From positions 7,068,001-7,132,000 of the forward strand of contig OZ287750.1 in NCBI GenBank assembly GCA_965649765.1: 64,000 nt of DNA. The letters are read 5' to 3'. Below are positions 1 through 12,900 of the stretch, piece after piece. Source of the DNA: Bispira polyomma. Taxonomy: Eukaryota. Each line of letters begins with the position of its first letter. The first letter of the stretch is position 1. The notes beneath the pieces were generated by a model, which had not been told where the DNA came from, did not search any database, and worked only from the letters and a program-made list of their open reading frames with translations. Made by a program: the position numbers and the translations under genes.

Positions 1-159
1 TCATATAATTTTATAATACAGGTTCTACTGTACATGACAATTTTAAAATGGTAAATATAGTTCCTTTCATTTCAGAATGGTTATGTTGTGTTGTCAAATA
101 CCCTAGCTTTGTAACATTGTCCAGCCTATTAAAAACATTGGTGTTAGTCTTTTATATCA

Positions 160-500
160 TAAGTTTTAAAAACATTTCAGAGCACTTAATATTTTACATT
201 AAGAACATTTCAGAGCACTTAACATTCTATTAAAAACATTTCAGAGCACTTAACATTCTACGTTAAGAACATTTCAGAGCACTTAACATTCTATTAAAAA
301 CATTTCAGAGCACTTAACATTCTACATTAAGAACATTTCAGAGCACTTAACATTCTACATTAAAAACATTTCGGAGCACTTAACATTCTACATTAAGAAC
401 ATTTCAGAGCACTTAACATTCTACATTAAGAACATTTCAGAGCACTTAACATTTCTATATTAAGAATATTTCAGAGCATTTAACATTTCTACTTTGAGAA
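160..500. repeat. Intronic minisatellite, ~32-33 bp unit (AAGAACATTTCAGAGCACTTAACATTCTACATT), ~10 copies
   Basis: Directly visible tandem copies; explains the repeated KNISEHL in ORF 48..233. Confidence 0.95.
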
Positions 501-630
501 TTTCTAAAGCGTAAGAAAGCAGTTTCATCTGCGAAACATCTTAAATGTGATTATAAAGGTGAAACGTTTAGACAGGAAGTTGCAATGGTATATATTGACT
601 ATATATTACATATCTACCATGTTTCTGCAG

Positions 631-3600
631 GTATAAACCTCTTTCAAGTTGCTGCCCATGAGTTTGGCCATGCTCTTGGTTTGAGCCATTCTAACATCAA
701 TGCTGCTCTGATGGCCCCGTTCTACCGTGGCTACCAGCCAAACTTCATGCTCCATTCGGACGATGTCCTTGGTATCCAGGCTATCTATGGCAGACCTACC
801 ACCACAAGAAGCCCATTGACTACCACGACTACAACACCTAGAACTGAAGGGATGACACCAAGAGGGGCTATTACCACACCCAGACCAGCAGTCACCACTA
901 AAGGTCAGTGTTCATACGCAAATGGCTGTGTTTTTTTGTCATCAAATTGGTACACCTGGGCATACTGGCTTCAACACTAGCTATATCCCTGAAAACCTAC
1001 CTTTTCAGCAAGACCTCTTCACCTTGACCTACCTTACTCTTTCTGTCATCTCCTACAGTCATGACCCTTTTATGTTTAATGGCTACTTTGAAATCATGAC
1101 AAACAATTTTCCTGTTGTGTTCACAATACGTATTGCAATATATATTGGATAGTATTCCAGTAATGCATTTTCAAAAATAAAAGCGAGTGTCAAAATTAAA
1201 TGATAATATCTTTTAAATCTAAATGAAACACTTAAATGAAATGTTTACATTATACATGTTTACTGAAATTACCACCAGTAAATTTTTGAAATAATGGAGA
1301 CCAAATTTCAAATTTTTAAGGATTATGCGTATTTACTGACCAAATCAGTAACTTTTATTGTATGAAATAATTATGAATTTAAACAATCCTTCATAGAATA
1401 TGTACCGATTAGACAATCTATGTAAAAACTATTACCAACACCATTACACAGATTGACTGAAATTAAATTATACTGATTAGTCAATCTGTGTATAAATGAA
1501 CCATTAATTTCAGTCATTACGCGTAATGACTGGTGGTTTCAGTCAGTCATTACGTGAAATGACTGAACGTTTTAGTCATTATGCGTAATAACTGGTTTCA
1601 CAGATTGACTGTAAGATATACATGTATTGTTACAGTCTCCAACACCACCACTGATTAAACAATTTTCCAAATTTATATTGCAATACACTGTATAAAAAAC
1701 ATTCTATTGGGCCTTATTGATTTTTTGATATATATGTATATTGTTACAGTTGCCACCACCACCACTGAGTCAACCTCGAACACTGACCTGGTTGACTTGT
1801 GTGAATCTGGTAAGATGGACGCCATCACCCAGGTACAGCATGCTGACGGCAATGTGAAGCTGTACGCCTTCAGAAAAGACTACTATGCAGAGATCGGTAA
1901 CGGACAAGTGATGCCAGGATTCCCTAAGAAGATCAGCGAGGGCTGGCCAGGGCTTCCCAACGACATTGATGCTGCCATCTTTTGGGAAGCCACCTACAGC
2001 AGCTTCATAGACTGGAGTGACAGTGACAGTCCGACCATGGTGGATGAACTCCAGTCAGAGGCCAGGACCTACTTCTTCAAGGGGAACCAGTACTGGAGGT
2101 TTATAGGTGGCGTGATGGATCAAAATTACCCCAAGAACATTGGACAACAATGGGGACTCCCTAGCGATTTGGATGCCGCATTTGTCTGGTCAGGAAATGG
2201 AAGATCTTATTTCTTTAAAGGTAAACAGCTTTATTTGCTACAGATTTGGTACATTTGAATTTTCGTCTGATATATAGCTAATTTAGTTTAAGATTTTTAG
2301 CAAATTTTATTTTAGAATTTTTTCACCAAAAAAAAAAAAAGCGAGAAATAATTATAAAAACATAGAATATTTAAATAGAAAAAGTAGAAACTACCTCACA
2401 CATAGTAATAATGTATTTCTGATGGTCTAGTTAAATTACCTGTTTAGTATAATCTATATTTTGTGTCTATCACGTTTACAATATTTATAAAAACATCCAA
2501 ACCCCCCAAAAAAGATATTATGTACAGTGTATAAAAATATATAAATTATGATGTTACTTTCTCAAAAACATTTGATCAGTCATAAACTATTTATTATTCA
2601 CAGGACCACTTTTGAAATTAATGAACTTGATGAATAAAAAATACATGGAAAAATTTGTCTTTAACCAAATTAGGGCTGTTTTTCTTGCCTAAATCTACTT
2701 AAATCATGATGTCTGCTAGTGCTTTCTTACTTCCTCCAGCTAAAATCTTTGTACTTTTCCTTAATTACAAAAAAACAACGTTCACTTCTATTTCCCGGTA
2801 AATTTATTTGTATAAATTTTTGGGGTCATTTTGACTAATTAAAATTGTAGAGCTATGTTAAATCTACATAAATCGTGATGTCTGTTCGTGTTATCTTACT
2901 TCCTCCAGCTAAAATCTTCCTCCTTTCCCATAAAAGGTTTTTAATTAGAAAATAACATTCACTTTTATTTCCTGGTAAATGCCTAGTGTGAAAAACTCAT
3001 TTTATTTTAAATAATTAAAATTGTTGATCTGTTTTCATCTAGAGTAAGGAATCTAAAATTGGCCACTGTATCTAAAATTTGCAACCCCTAAAATTTAAGC
3101 TAAATCAATAAAACCTGATGAAATATAACTGGAATTTAGCTAACTGAGGCAAAATATTCACAAAAATCTCAATTTCAGCAAATATTACTCACAATTCTAC
3201 CAAAAACACAACATTTTCTTGGTGGCCAATTTCAGATACAGTGCCAATTTTAGATTCCTTACACTACATATGTCTGTGTTGTACTAAAATGCCTCTTCTG
3301 TTAAATCAACATTGTACATAAGTACATTATGCAAAATTTAAAAAATTATATGTTTTTGAATTTATTCCAAAGCAGATGAGACTCTTGTTATCTGAATATT
3401 CAACTTTACACCCTCAATCTCCCAATATGTTTTTCCGCCCTCTGTGCTGTACTAAAATACCTCCTCTGTTGAATCAACATTGTATATTGTCTGTTTGGGA
3501 GTCAAAAATTTGTTGGATAATAGAAGGTCCCTTAAATAGAAGTTCCATTTTTGGTATAAAACAACAACAAAAAATATATTTGGGAGAGTGAAATTGAGTT

Positions 3601-4784
3601 TGTAAACTTGAATGTTCAGATAACAGAGGTTCTACTGTAGATTTAAACCAGTACAGGTTCTCCTTCCTATTGGCCTCTTCCCTCTTGGGATCGAATCCCA
3701 CAGATTCTTTCTTCATGTGTGAAAGTTTGTCAGGCACTTTCCGTATGTCGGTGTTTTACACACTGCATGAGCACTGGTTTACCCAAATCCTTATCCTGGC
3801 CATCGCAATATGATCGTAGCTGTTAAAAAGAGACGCAAAAACCCAAATAAATTCAAATTCTTCTTTCTATTCTAACCAGGCAACACATACTACCGTTACA
3901 CCCGTGGCAGGAATAGGAGAGATCGTGGCTACCCACGCTCTGTCAACGTCTGGTCTAACGCATTTGTGGGAGGTGTGGACGGTGCTATTGGTGTTCAAGA
4001 CAACACTTACTTCATGAGGAATGGGGACTATTACCTCTACAACGACGCTAGTGTTGAAGTAAGTATATTTATGAAGAGAGAGATGGAAAAAACCCATTCA
4101 CCTGTACTATCTGTAGTAGACTGGTTGATAGAATGACCACAAATCACCCTGTTAAGAGATTTAGACATTGTATTGCGTACAAATTTTTACTCTTGACTGT
4201 CTAAGTACCGCCAAACAGCGCCAGTAACTGTCATTCCCCATAACTGAAGAGAGATAGGCTAGAAGATGATCATTTATCATGTTCTTCAAGGTCCTTTATT
4301 CTGCTACTAGGTGTAGGACCGAATGACCGCCATTGGTCATCCATCTGTTTGTCTGTACCTGGTGACCTCAGCCTGGGATCAGACACAGGTGACGTACTAT
4401 GCCTTAATTGATCTGAAGCCTACAAGGTATTATACTAGTTGTGTTATACATTTTTGACAATATTATTTAGGTTAAAAAAATCAATACAGCTCTGTGGTTT
4501 TTCACTTCTCTTTGAAATTTCTCGTAGTTTTGCCAATAGATTAAAACTAAGATGCTTAAAAGCTTTGTTGCATAAACTTACATCTGTGTATCTTTGATTT
4601 TGTTTAGATTGCCGATGGTTACCCGCAAGACTCCCGCATCGGCATCCTTGGTTGCAATCGTCTGCAGATTGTGGGTTCTAACGATGAAGAGAACGACCTT
4701 ATCAATGGCGCCCCCTCACTGACACACCTTCAGTCAACACTCACTTCCTGTCTCATCCTTCTGCTCACAGCATTAGTCATGTGA
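631..4784 (+). CDS. Matrix metalloproteinase (M10A), 3' part: end of catalytic domain, Thr-rich hinge, hemopexin domain, hydrophobic C-terminal (GPI-type) tail; 5' exons lie outside the window
   Basis: Exons 631-903, 1750-2220, 3880-4058, 4608-4784, all GT-AG and phase-compatible. Zinc motif [11 protein letters not shown], Met-turn ALMAPFY, hemopexin motifs ([28 protein letters not shown]), flanking Cys (DLCES...ILGC). Ends [26 protein letters not shown]. Confidence 0.95.
1255..1612. repeat. Dispersed repeat built from short palindromes (perfect CAGTCATTACGCGTAATGACTG at 1511-1532)
   Basis: Three palindromic variants at 1511-1594. Related motifs (ATTTACTGACCAAATCAGTAA and others) recur near 34820-34990 and 61650-61735. 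Confidence 0.6.
3040..3266. mobile_element. MITE, ~227 bp, with ~33-bp terminal inverted repeats (TIRs) (TAGAGTAAGGAATCTAAAATTGGCCACTGTATCT)
   Basis: TIRs visible at both ends; second copy at 30710-30940. Confidence 0.85.
3670..3862 (+). mobile_element. 5'-truncated tRNA-derived SINE
   Basis: B-box-like GGATCGAATCCC; body and tail (TGTGTGAAAGTTTGT...TGTTAAAA) shared with 6500-6670. Confidence 0.65.
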
Positions 4785-4806
4785 TCACTAGTCTAATCAC
4801 TGGCAA

Positions 4807-4997
4807 ATACAGTAGAACCTCTATTATCCAAACTTCTCGTCTAAATAATCAGTTTTATTAACTCATTTTTATCCTTCTCAAATCACAAGTTTCCCTATTT
4901 TATTATTACATACAGAAATGTCTCTTATTATGAATCTTCTATTATCCCAACAGAATATTGTTCCCCTACACATTTGGATAATAGTGGTTTACTGTAC
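4807..4997. mobile_element. pogo/Tigger-type MITE (TA-CAGTAGAACCTCTATTATCC...GGATAATAGTGGTTTACTG-TA)
   Basis: CAGT...ACTG termini flanked by TA. Related copies or fragments near 3375-3640, 7052-7219, 9550-9735, 14255-14408, 26052-26237. Confidence 0.75.
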
Positions 4998-5631
4998 TCT
5001 AACAAAGATTAGCGGTGTTTCATAATACTCCATATTTTTGTGGACATACCGTAATTTCTAAAGCCAGGAGAAATTTGAAGAGTAACATCAATAAGGGTTA
5101 TGTAGTGTGCCTGAAACTTGTTTTGCCATATATTGTGATATTCCAGTCATATTTAATAAAAATTTGAGTAATAATTAATTTGGTGTAGACTGCATGCATT
5201 GCTTTATTTCTGATTTTGTTGCTGACAATTCTCTTGCATGCTCTCGCATGTTATTTTCTAGATTATTACATCAGATCTTTATCTCTTGATGAGGCAGATT
5301 TAATGATGCAACTGTCTCAACCATTACTCAGGTGTAATCACATAAAAGTATTATTTGTTCAGAGTTAGATAGATTGATAATAAATAATACCTGTAATGAA
5401 ATTTTTTTACAACAAATCAGGTGTTCAAAATGAAGATTTAATTTTTTAAAACTTATTTCTCACTATTTACCATTTTTATAGTTCTTTTTGCTAAACAATA
5501 AGAGCGTATTTTGCTAAACTAAAGCACATGTTATAAATAAACATGTTTAGTACATTTTTGTATGTGTAATATTATTAATAAAATATTTTGTTCACTGTAT
5601 ACATGAAAGAGTAAGTTTTATGACTTATAAG

Positions 5632-5853
5632 GTAGTGCCTCGCCAGATATTTTCGTCAAGTAGATATTTTCGTCATTGCCATTTCGTCAAGTGCCCTTCC
5701 ATGAATTGAACTTCCATGTGTTGGTATTATTCTTATAGATTGACCTCTGATTAAACAATTAATATGCTTAATTAATATGCTTTGATTAATGGTATGTTTA
5801 TATTTCCGATGAGAAAAATATCTACTTGACGAAAATATCTAGCGAGGTAGTAC
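5632..5853. mobile_element. MITE with ~35-bp TIRs (GTAGTGCCTCGCCAGATATTTTCGTCAAGTAGATA)
   Basis: Near-perfect inverted match between 5632-5666 and 5819-5853. Confidence 0.85.
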
Positions 5854-6499
5854 ACATGCTAACTTGGGACGGACATTGATAAACAACAATTCTTTTTCTT
5901 CGTAAAAAGAGGCTTGCGAGTGTTTAGACACGGAGTAACTTGTGTGACCAAGAATTGTACATACATGTTTTTATTTCTGTCATATAATATCTTGAACCTT
6001 AGATTTTCCTCTGATTATCTGCAGTGTTAAAAAGAAGAAAAACTGAATAATATTCACAAATGGCATTGTATGGTCTGGTAGATTTGGAAAATGGTTTGTA
6101 AATAGGATAATTATACTTTAATTAGTAATTACTTCAGTGATTTCCACAAGACTTCTTAAAATTATATATTTGTTACAAAGATACTCGGTAGAAGCAGTTT
6201 TTGTGTATATTGTTTTTTTGTGTTTACAATTATAAACAAAAGTACGTAGTTACAATATAATCATATTATTGTCCTACATTGTCTCACCCAGAAATTTTGT
6301 TATTACCAGAAACTTGTTCATTGTCCAGTCTTGTGTAACTGTTGATTCAGTGAGAAGTACAAGACTCAAGTTAAGTAATCAGCCACTGAACAAGTTATGG
6401 GATACCAAATATGAAACACACTGAATAATGTAACCGCATTTATGTTTTCTGATACCCCATAAAGAATTTTTGCAGATGAAAAAGGGGTAGCATTTCACA

Positions 6500-6670
6500 A
6501 GTGTGGGTTCGAATCCTGTCCGTTGATGCATGTGTGAAAGTTTGTGTCAAATACTTGCGGTATGTTGGTGGTTGTAGTGCTTCAGTACTGATTTCTTCCA
6601 CCATTAAATCTGGCCGTCGTGATGTGACATAAACTGTTAAAAGCGATGTAACATACAACTAAATTCAACT
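6500..6670 (+). mobile_element. 5'-truncated tRNA-derived SINE
   Basis: B box GGTTCGAATCC followed by GTCCGTTGATGCATGTGTGAAAG, also seen at 31173-31205; tail as at 3820. Confidence 0.65.
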
Positions 6671-9319
6671 ATAGATAATATTTCTGAATGTATGAAGTAA
6701 ATAATACAGGTTAACAAATCTGATTTTATAGACTTCATAGCTTTGTCAACTGTATGCTAATTTGATTAACAAATAATTTGATCTTAATTCACTGTTAATA
6801 TTAAGTATCATTATTTATGTATCATGTATATCTCGAATGCTATTATTTTTCTTTACGTCTTTTTTTTTATAAACAAGAGTAAAGAAAAATGTGTTAAAAA
6901 TGAGTAATTCACCACTTTGTATTTGAAAATAATCAGGTAATAATTATGTGTAGTCATGCAACCACATTATGTATTCTTGTATTTTATGATTCTATTATAC
7001 AAATATCTGTACTTTTTGGTGTGGGTTTATTATATGCTTGGATATATACTTATACAGTCACACCCCTATAAGTTCAACTCAATTTCCCTTTTACGTGGAT
7101 CAAAAAATTATGATCCAACGAAGGCATTTTCTTTTAAAATCTTCACCATTAGTGGAAATCCTGCTTAAAAAGTTTTTCTATTGGTCCCTCAAGGTTCTAG
7201 TTAAAGGGGTTTAACTGTATGTGTCTGCAATGGGCGCAGGCGCTCATTTGCTGGTTTTGTGCAGAATTGTATTGTATATGTAAATATTATTATATGCACG
7301 CAAAGTGTTTTCAAGAAAAATAAAAAATATTTAAAGTGAAAATCTTAGTATTACTAGCTATCTATCTTGTTATACAAACACTCTGGACTGATGCTACAGA
7401 TTGTGGAATAGAATCATCCTAATGTAGGGTTTCAATACACAGCCATCTGATCATGATTGGAGGCATAGGAATACTAAGGTTAACGCTTTCTATTTCTACA
7501 ACTCCAAAATAGTGGTAACATCGTTCCTATATGGGTTATTCTGACTCTAACATATGACAACCTAAAATTTGACCTAAATCTGATTTTACATAAAGTTATA
7601 TTGCTTTACTGTGGAGAACTACCTAACTAGACATTAGAAACATTATGGAGAAGAACAGTCTTGGCCGCTCTGAGTGGGAACTAGTCCTAGATTTGACCAT
7701 ACTTTAGAACCCATCAGAATTGACGTCACAAGCTGGTCATGTTAGAATGTTTAATTATGGACCGTTGTCTTTGACAAACAATAGTCTAAAACTTCCAGCC
7801 TGAACTAAGACTAGATTAAAACTTTAAAAAGAATATCTACAATCTACTATTGGCCGCAATACCAGATTTTTATAGAATAATACCAAAAGATTGCTAGAAA
7901 CTTGAAGCAATTGTTGTATTATGTAGGCTTGACATTCTTGTGAATTTAAAATCAGTTTCAGATGTAACCCCGTTGCAAAAACCTTGCCATAGAAACATCC
8001 CCCCCACAAAAATAACTAACAGAGCCATATATAGTTCAGGATCAGTTAAATTTAATAGTTTACTGCAACCCTCTACCATTCTTTAATATTCTTTTAATCC
8101 AAAGACTCTGGAATGTTTGCTGGCAACAAAACTGTCCTGTTTTAGAAAACAATTTCATAATATACTCCTAAAATTTGACCAATAAAGCATTGAAAAACTA
8201 AAGTCACAACAAGTGTATTTCTTTATTATTGCATAACAAATCCATCGCTATTAAAAAAAAAAAAAGAGTAATACAATTCTAAAACTTGTCAAGATATTGT
8301 ATGTCTTAAATGAACAAAATGTGGACCTTAACAGCATTACTACCTCAGATTTGATACGCTCAACTTGGCCAGCAATATCTTGTATACAAGTAGAAACAAA
8401 GCAATTTTAGGGGTCAACAAATTTTAACCAGAACCACATATTACATCAACAATTCACTGTTTCTTAACAATGGGATTGTCAAAACAAATCACTGTTTGTA
8501 AGTTATCCCTAAAAAAATAAACATGAAGCAACCTGTTACCAGTATATATATTATCAATATGGTTACTGATAACAGTAACAATATTTAGTACCCGGTACAA
8601 AAAAGATGTTGCACTATAAAAGGTATTATACAGTCCAAAAACATCACCACTTAGAACAACAATTTTCTAGCAACTACCAACAAAGTGCAGCAAGAGTAGT
8701 TCTATAACAATAAACAGCAATAAATTAAAAGCCAATTGACAACATCTCAACACTGTCTAAATACATATAAATATAAAGGCGATATACATATAGTTACTGA
8801 CATAGTATCACTATAATATACATCAGATTAATAAATACACATGTATAGTTTAACCATTTTAAAACATAAACTAAAGCTATTATTCGATGATCGTCCTAGT
8901 ACATGTATATAACGTTAACTAACAAACCATTGTCTTTAACCGGCAAGCTTTCTAGTACAAATATGTCATTCAGTCAGTACATTAATAGTACATAATATTA
9001 GTGAAGCAAAAAACCAAGGAATACACTGATTTACTGGCATAGTAATTTCAATGATTGTGCATAAATTACTGATTACACAGATTTAGCCTGACAATTATAA
9101 CAGATGTCACACAATAAAAATATAACCAATGTCTAGAGATATTGTTAACATTGTAAAAATGTAAATGTAAAAAACCTGGATATATGCTTCACTAGGTCAT
9201 CTGACCACAGAATTGATCATCCATGCTCTCTACACAGGAACTTGGTCAAGGTTAGAGATTGCAAACCTTAAAGCAACACATGTTTTGGAATAAATGAATG
9301 AGAATAATACTTCATTTTG

Positions 9320-9540
9320 GGGCAAAGGTGGTGTAGTGATAACATACTCACCTCCCACATCTGTGGTCACGGGCTCAAATCTTGGCCCTGGTGTGTGTAC
9401 GTGACTAACTACCCTGTTTCGATTTCCTCCACCAGAAAACTGGTCATCATAATAAGACACAAATGGGTTGAAAGTGACACTGAGCCGGAACTCATCTAAT
9501 CTACACTCCATTTCAGTGTTACAATACAAACTCACTCACT
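9320..9540 (+). mobile_element. tRNA-derived SINE
   Basis: A-box GGTGGTGTAGTGAT and a degenerate B-box; head similar to 39950-39995. Confidence 0.55.
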
Positions 9541-9923
9541 TCTACATATGCAGTAGAATCTCTACTATCCCGTTAGCTTGGAAGACGCCAGAAGGAGAAT
9601 TTGTTTTGATAGTAGAAAATTAATAAAATACAACTAGGGAATTTTGTGCATCGATGTAAAACAAACTGTAAATTGGGCCAAGCAGAAACAGAACAGGTTC
9701 CTATAATCAAATATTCGGATAATTAGAGTTCAAATAATGGAAAAACTATTGGCCATCAGTCTCCATATGGGACAAGTGTGAGCTTACATCTGTATTTTCC
9801 CAACCCAAAAGGTTAAGTGACCCAACTTGTAAAGACAATATGCTGTCGATTGCAGTCTAGTTGCACTTTGTCTAACTGTTTATATCATCCTCTGCGGATG
9901 TTTCTACTGTACACATATTTCTC

Positions 9924-12900
9924 TCAATGTCCAGCTGCAGTCCACTGCAGGAAACTAGTTTTGTCGCTTGCTGTATCAAACCTGGGCATAAAGTTGACTT
10001 TGATGATTTCTGAGAATCCCTCGGACTTGCTGGGTTCTGCAAAGTTCTTCTTGTACATGTTGTAGCCCACATCAGGTACTCTCCTCACCTCGCTCTGGGT
10101 GAGGTTCTGTCTCATCAGGTTCAGGTGGTGTGCCACCTCTAGTGGAGTCTGGAGGTACAGACATCTAGAGGGGACACCTGTAATACACAGAACTTAATTA
10201 CTGGAGGTACAGACATCTACAGGGGACATCTGTAATATATAGAACTTAATTACTGGAGGTACAGACATCTAGAGGGGACACCTGTAATACACAGAACTTA
10301 ATTACTGGAGGTACAGACATCTACAGGGGACACCTGTAATACACAGAACTTAATTACTGGAGGTATAAACATCTAGAGGGGACATCTGTAATATACAGAA
10401 CTTAATTACTGGAGGTACAGACATCTACAGGGGACACCTGTAATACACAGAACCTTATTACTAGAGGTACAGACATCTACAGGGGACATCTGTAATACAC
10501 TAAACTAACTAGAAAACGATTTTTGACAACAAAAATGAAGCGTCCGTAAAGTTAAAATAATAATGAAATTGTTTAGTGTACAAGGTTTGATATTGTTTAA
10601 AAGTTGACATATAAGCAGAATCAGCACTTTTGGTCGAATATAAGCTCGAAATCGCTCTATGTAGCACCATTTCCGAGATAACAGACGTTTTCTAAAAAGA
10701 CACAGAAATTGAAGATGGCCGCCAAAATCGAACATTCTTTTAAAGTTTACAAATAAGCAAAATCAACCCTGTGGATCGAAAATAAGCTTGAAATCGCTCT
10801 ATCTAGCACCGTTTCGGAGAAAATGGACATTTTCGAAAAAGACACAGAAATTCAAGATGGCCGCTAAAATTAAATTTTTTTTTGAAAGTTTACATATAAG
10901 CAAAATCAACCTTGTGGGTCAAAATGAGCTTGAAATCGCTCTATGTAGAACCGTTTCCAAGATAAAGGACATTTTCGAAAAAGACGCAGAAGATGGCCGC
11001 CAAAATCGAACATTCTTTCAAAGTTTACATATAAGCAAAATCAACCCTGTGGGTCGAAAATAAGTTCGAAATCGCTCTATCTAGCACCGTTTCTGCGATA
11101 ACAGACATTTTCGAAAAAGGCACAGAAATTCAAGATGGCGGCCAAAATTGAAAATTTTTTGAAAGTTTACATATAAGCAAAATCAACCCTGTGGGTCGAA
11201 AATGAGCTCGAAATCACTCTACTAGCACCGTTTCCGAGATATTTGACATTTTCGAAAAAGACGCAGAAATTCAAGATGGCCGCCAAAATTGAAAATTTTT
11301 TGAAAGTTTACATATAAGCAAAATCAACCCTGTGGGTCAAAAATGAGCTCAAATCGCTCTATCTAGGACCATTTCCGAGATAACATACATTTTCGAAAAA
11401 GACGCAGAAATTCAAGATGGCCGTCAAAATTGAACATTTTTCCAAAAGTTTACATAAAAGCTAAATCAACCCTGTGGGTTGAAAACAAGCTCAAAATCGC
11501 TCTATCAAGCACCGTTTCCGAGATATTTGACATTTATGAAAAAGACGCAGAAATTCAAGATGGCCGCCAAAATTGAAAATTTTTTGAAAGTTTACATAAA
11601 AGCTAAATCAACCCTGTGGGTCGAAAACAAGCTCAAAATCGCTCTATCAAGCACCGTTTCCGAGATATTTGACATTTATGAAAAAGACACCGAAATTCAA
11701 GATGGCCGCCAAAATTGAAAATTTTTTGAAAGTTTACATATAAGCAAAATCAACCCTGTGGGTCGAAAATGAGCTCGAAATCGCTCTATCTAGCACCGTT
11801 TCCGAGATAACGGACATTTTCGAAAAAGACGCAGAAATTCAAGATGGCTGCCAAAATTGAAAATTTTTTGAAAGTTTACATATATGCAAATTCAACCCTG
11901 TGGGTTGCAAATGAGCTCAAAATCGTTCTATCTAGCACCGTTTCCGAGATAATAGACGTTTTAAAAAAAAAACTTATTTTTTAAAATTTTTGAAATTGAA
12001 ATTGTTTTATCTCAGTAACGATCGCATACTTTTGGATGGGGTAAAATAAATAAAAATTCAGGCTATTCTTTAAAAGTTACGCGCTCCATGTACTGGTCTA
12101 AAATTAAAAATAAAAAAAATCCTCACATTCTCAAAAATGCACCCATCAACACATTTTTTTCCCCATTTTGTATGATTGATCGACCCTGTCAATCAGTCAA
12201 TTATCACCAGAATGATCTAAAAATTTACGGACATCTATGCTTTGGTATTTGCAATGTGCATGCTAAATTTCATTGAACTATGACAAGTATTTCAAAAGAA
12301 AAGTTGATAAAAGTGCAAGATAGAGCAAAATATTCATTTGAAGTACTCAGTACTCATTGAGTACTGGACTTAGAACTGTGAGATTTTTACATTATACATA
12401 AAATCAAAAAGTAGATGAATAACTTATACCAAGAAAAAGCCGAAATCCCAATAGTTTCCGAGATAGCAAAAAAGTACCGATTTTTCGCATTTCAATAAAA
12501 ATCAATCGGTTGGCAATCGGTCAATTATCATCCGATTAATCTCATCAGCGTCTCCCGTCCTGAAAATTGCCTTACCAAGGTACATAGCAAATTTCATTAA
12601 GCTATGTTAAATACTTTCTGAGAAAACCTAGTGACAAGCACTTTTACACCCCCAGGGTCACCTGAGATTTAAGTAGGCCAAAGTTCAAAGCCAAGAATAT
12701 GAAAAAAATTTCCCACTCCTGGTTAAGAGAACTGCCAAAAATAATTTTGATGCAGATAATATTGAAGGAGATATTCAAGGAAGACCATGCGGCGGCAGCG
12801 GCGGTGGCGAGGAACCCAGGGGTGAAACCAAATAAGCGCCCTTTTTAGCATCACTCATCAAAGCTAGTAACTCGAAAGAGAGAAATTGGGCTCTGATCCT

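Noticed and set aside
10505-11718. ORFs with repeated KFKMAAKI
   Set aside because: They are translations of the ~140-bp satellite.
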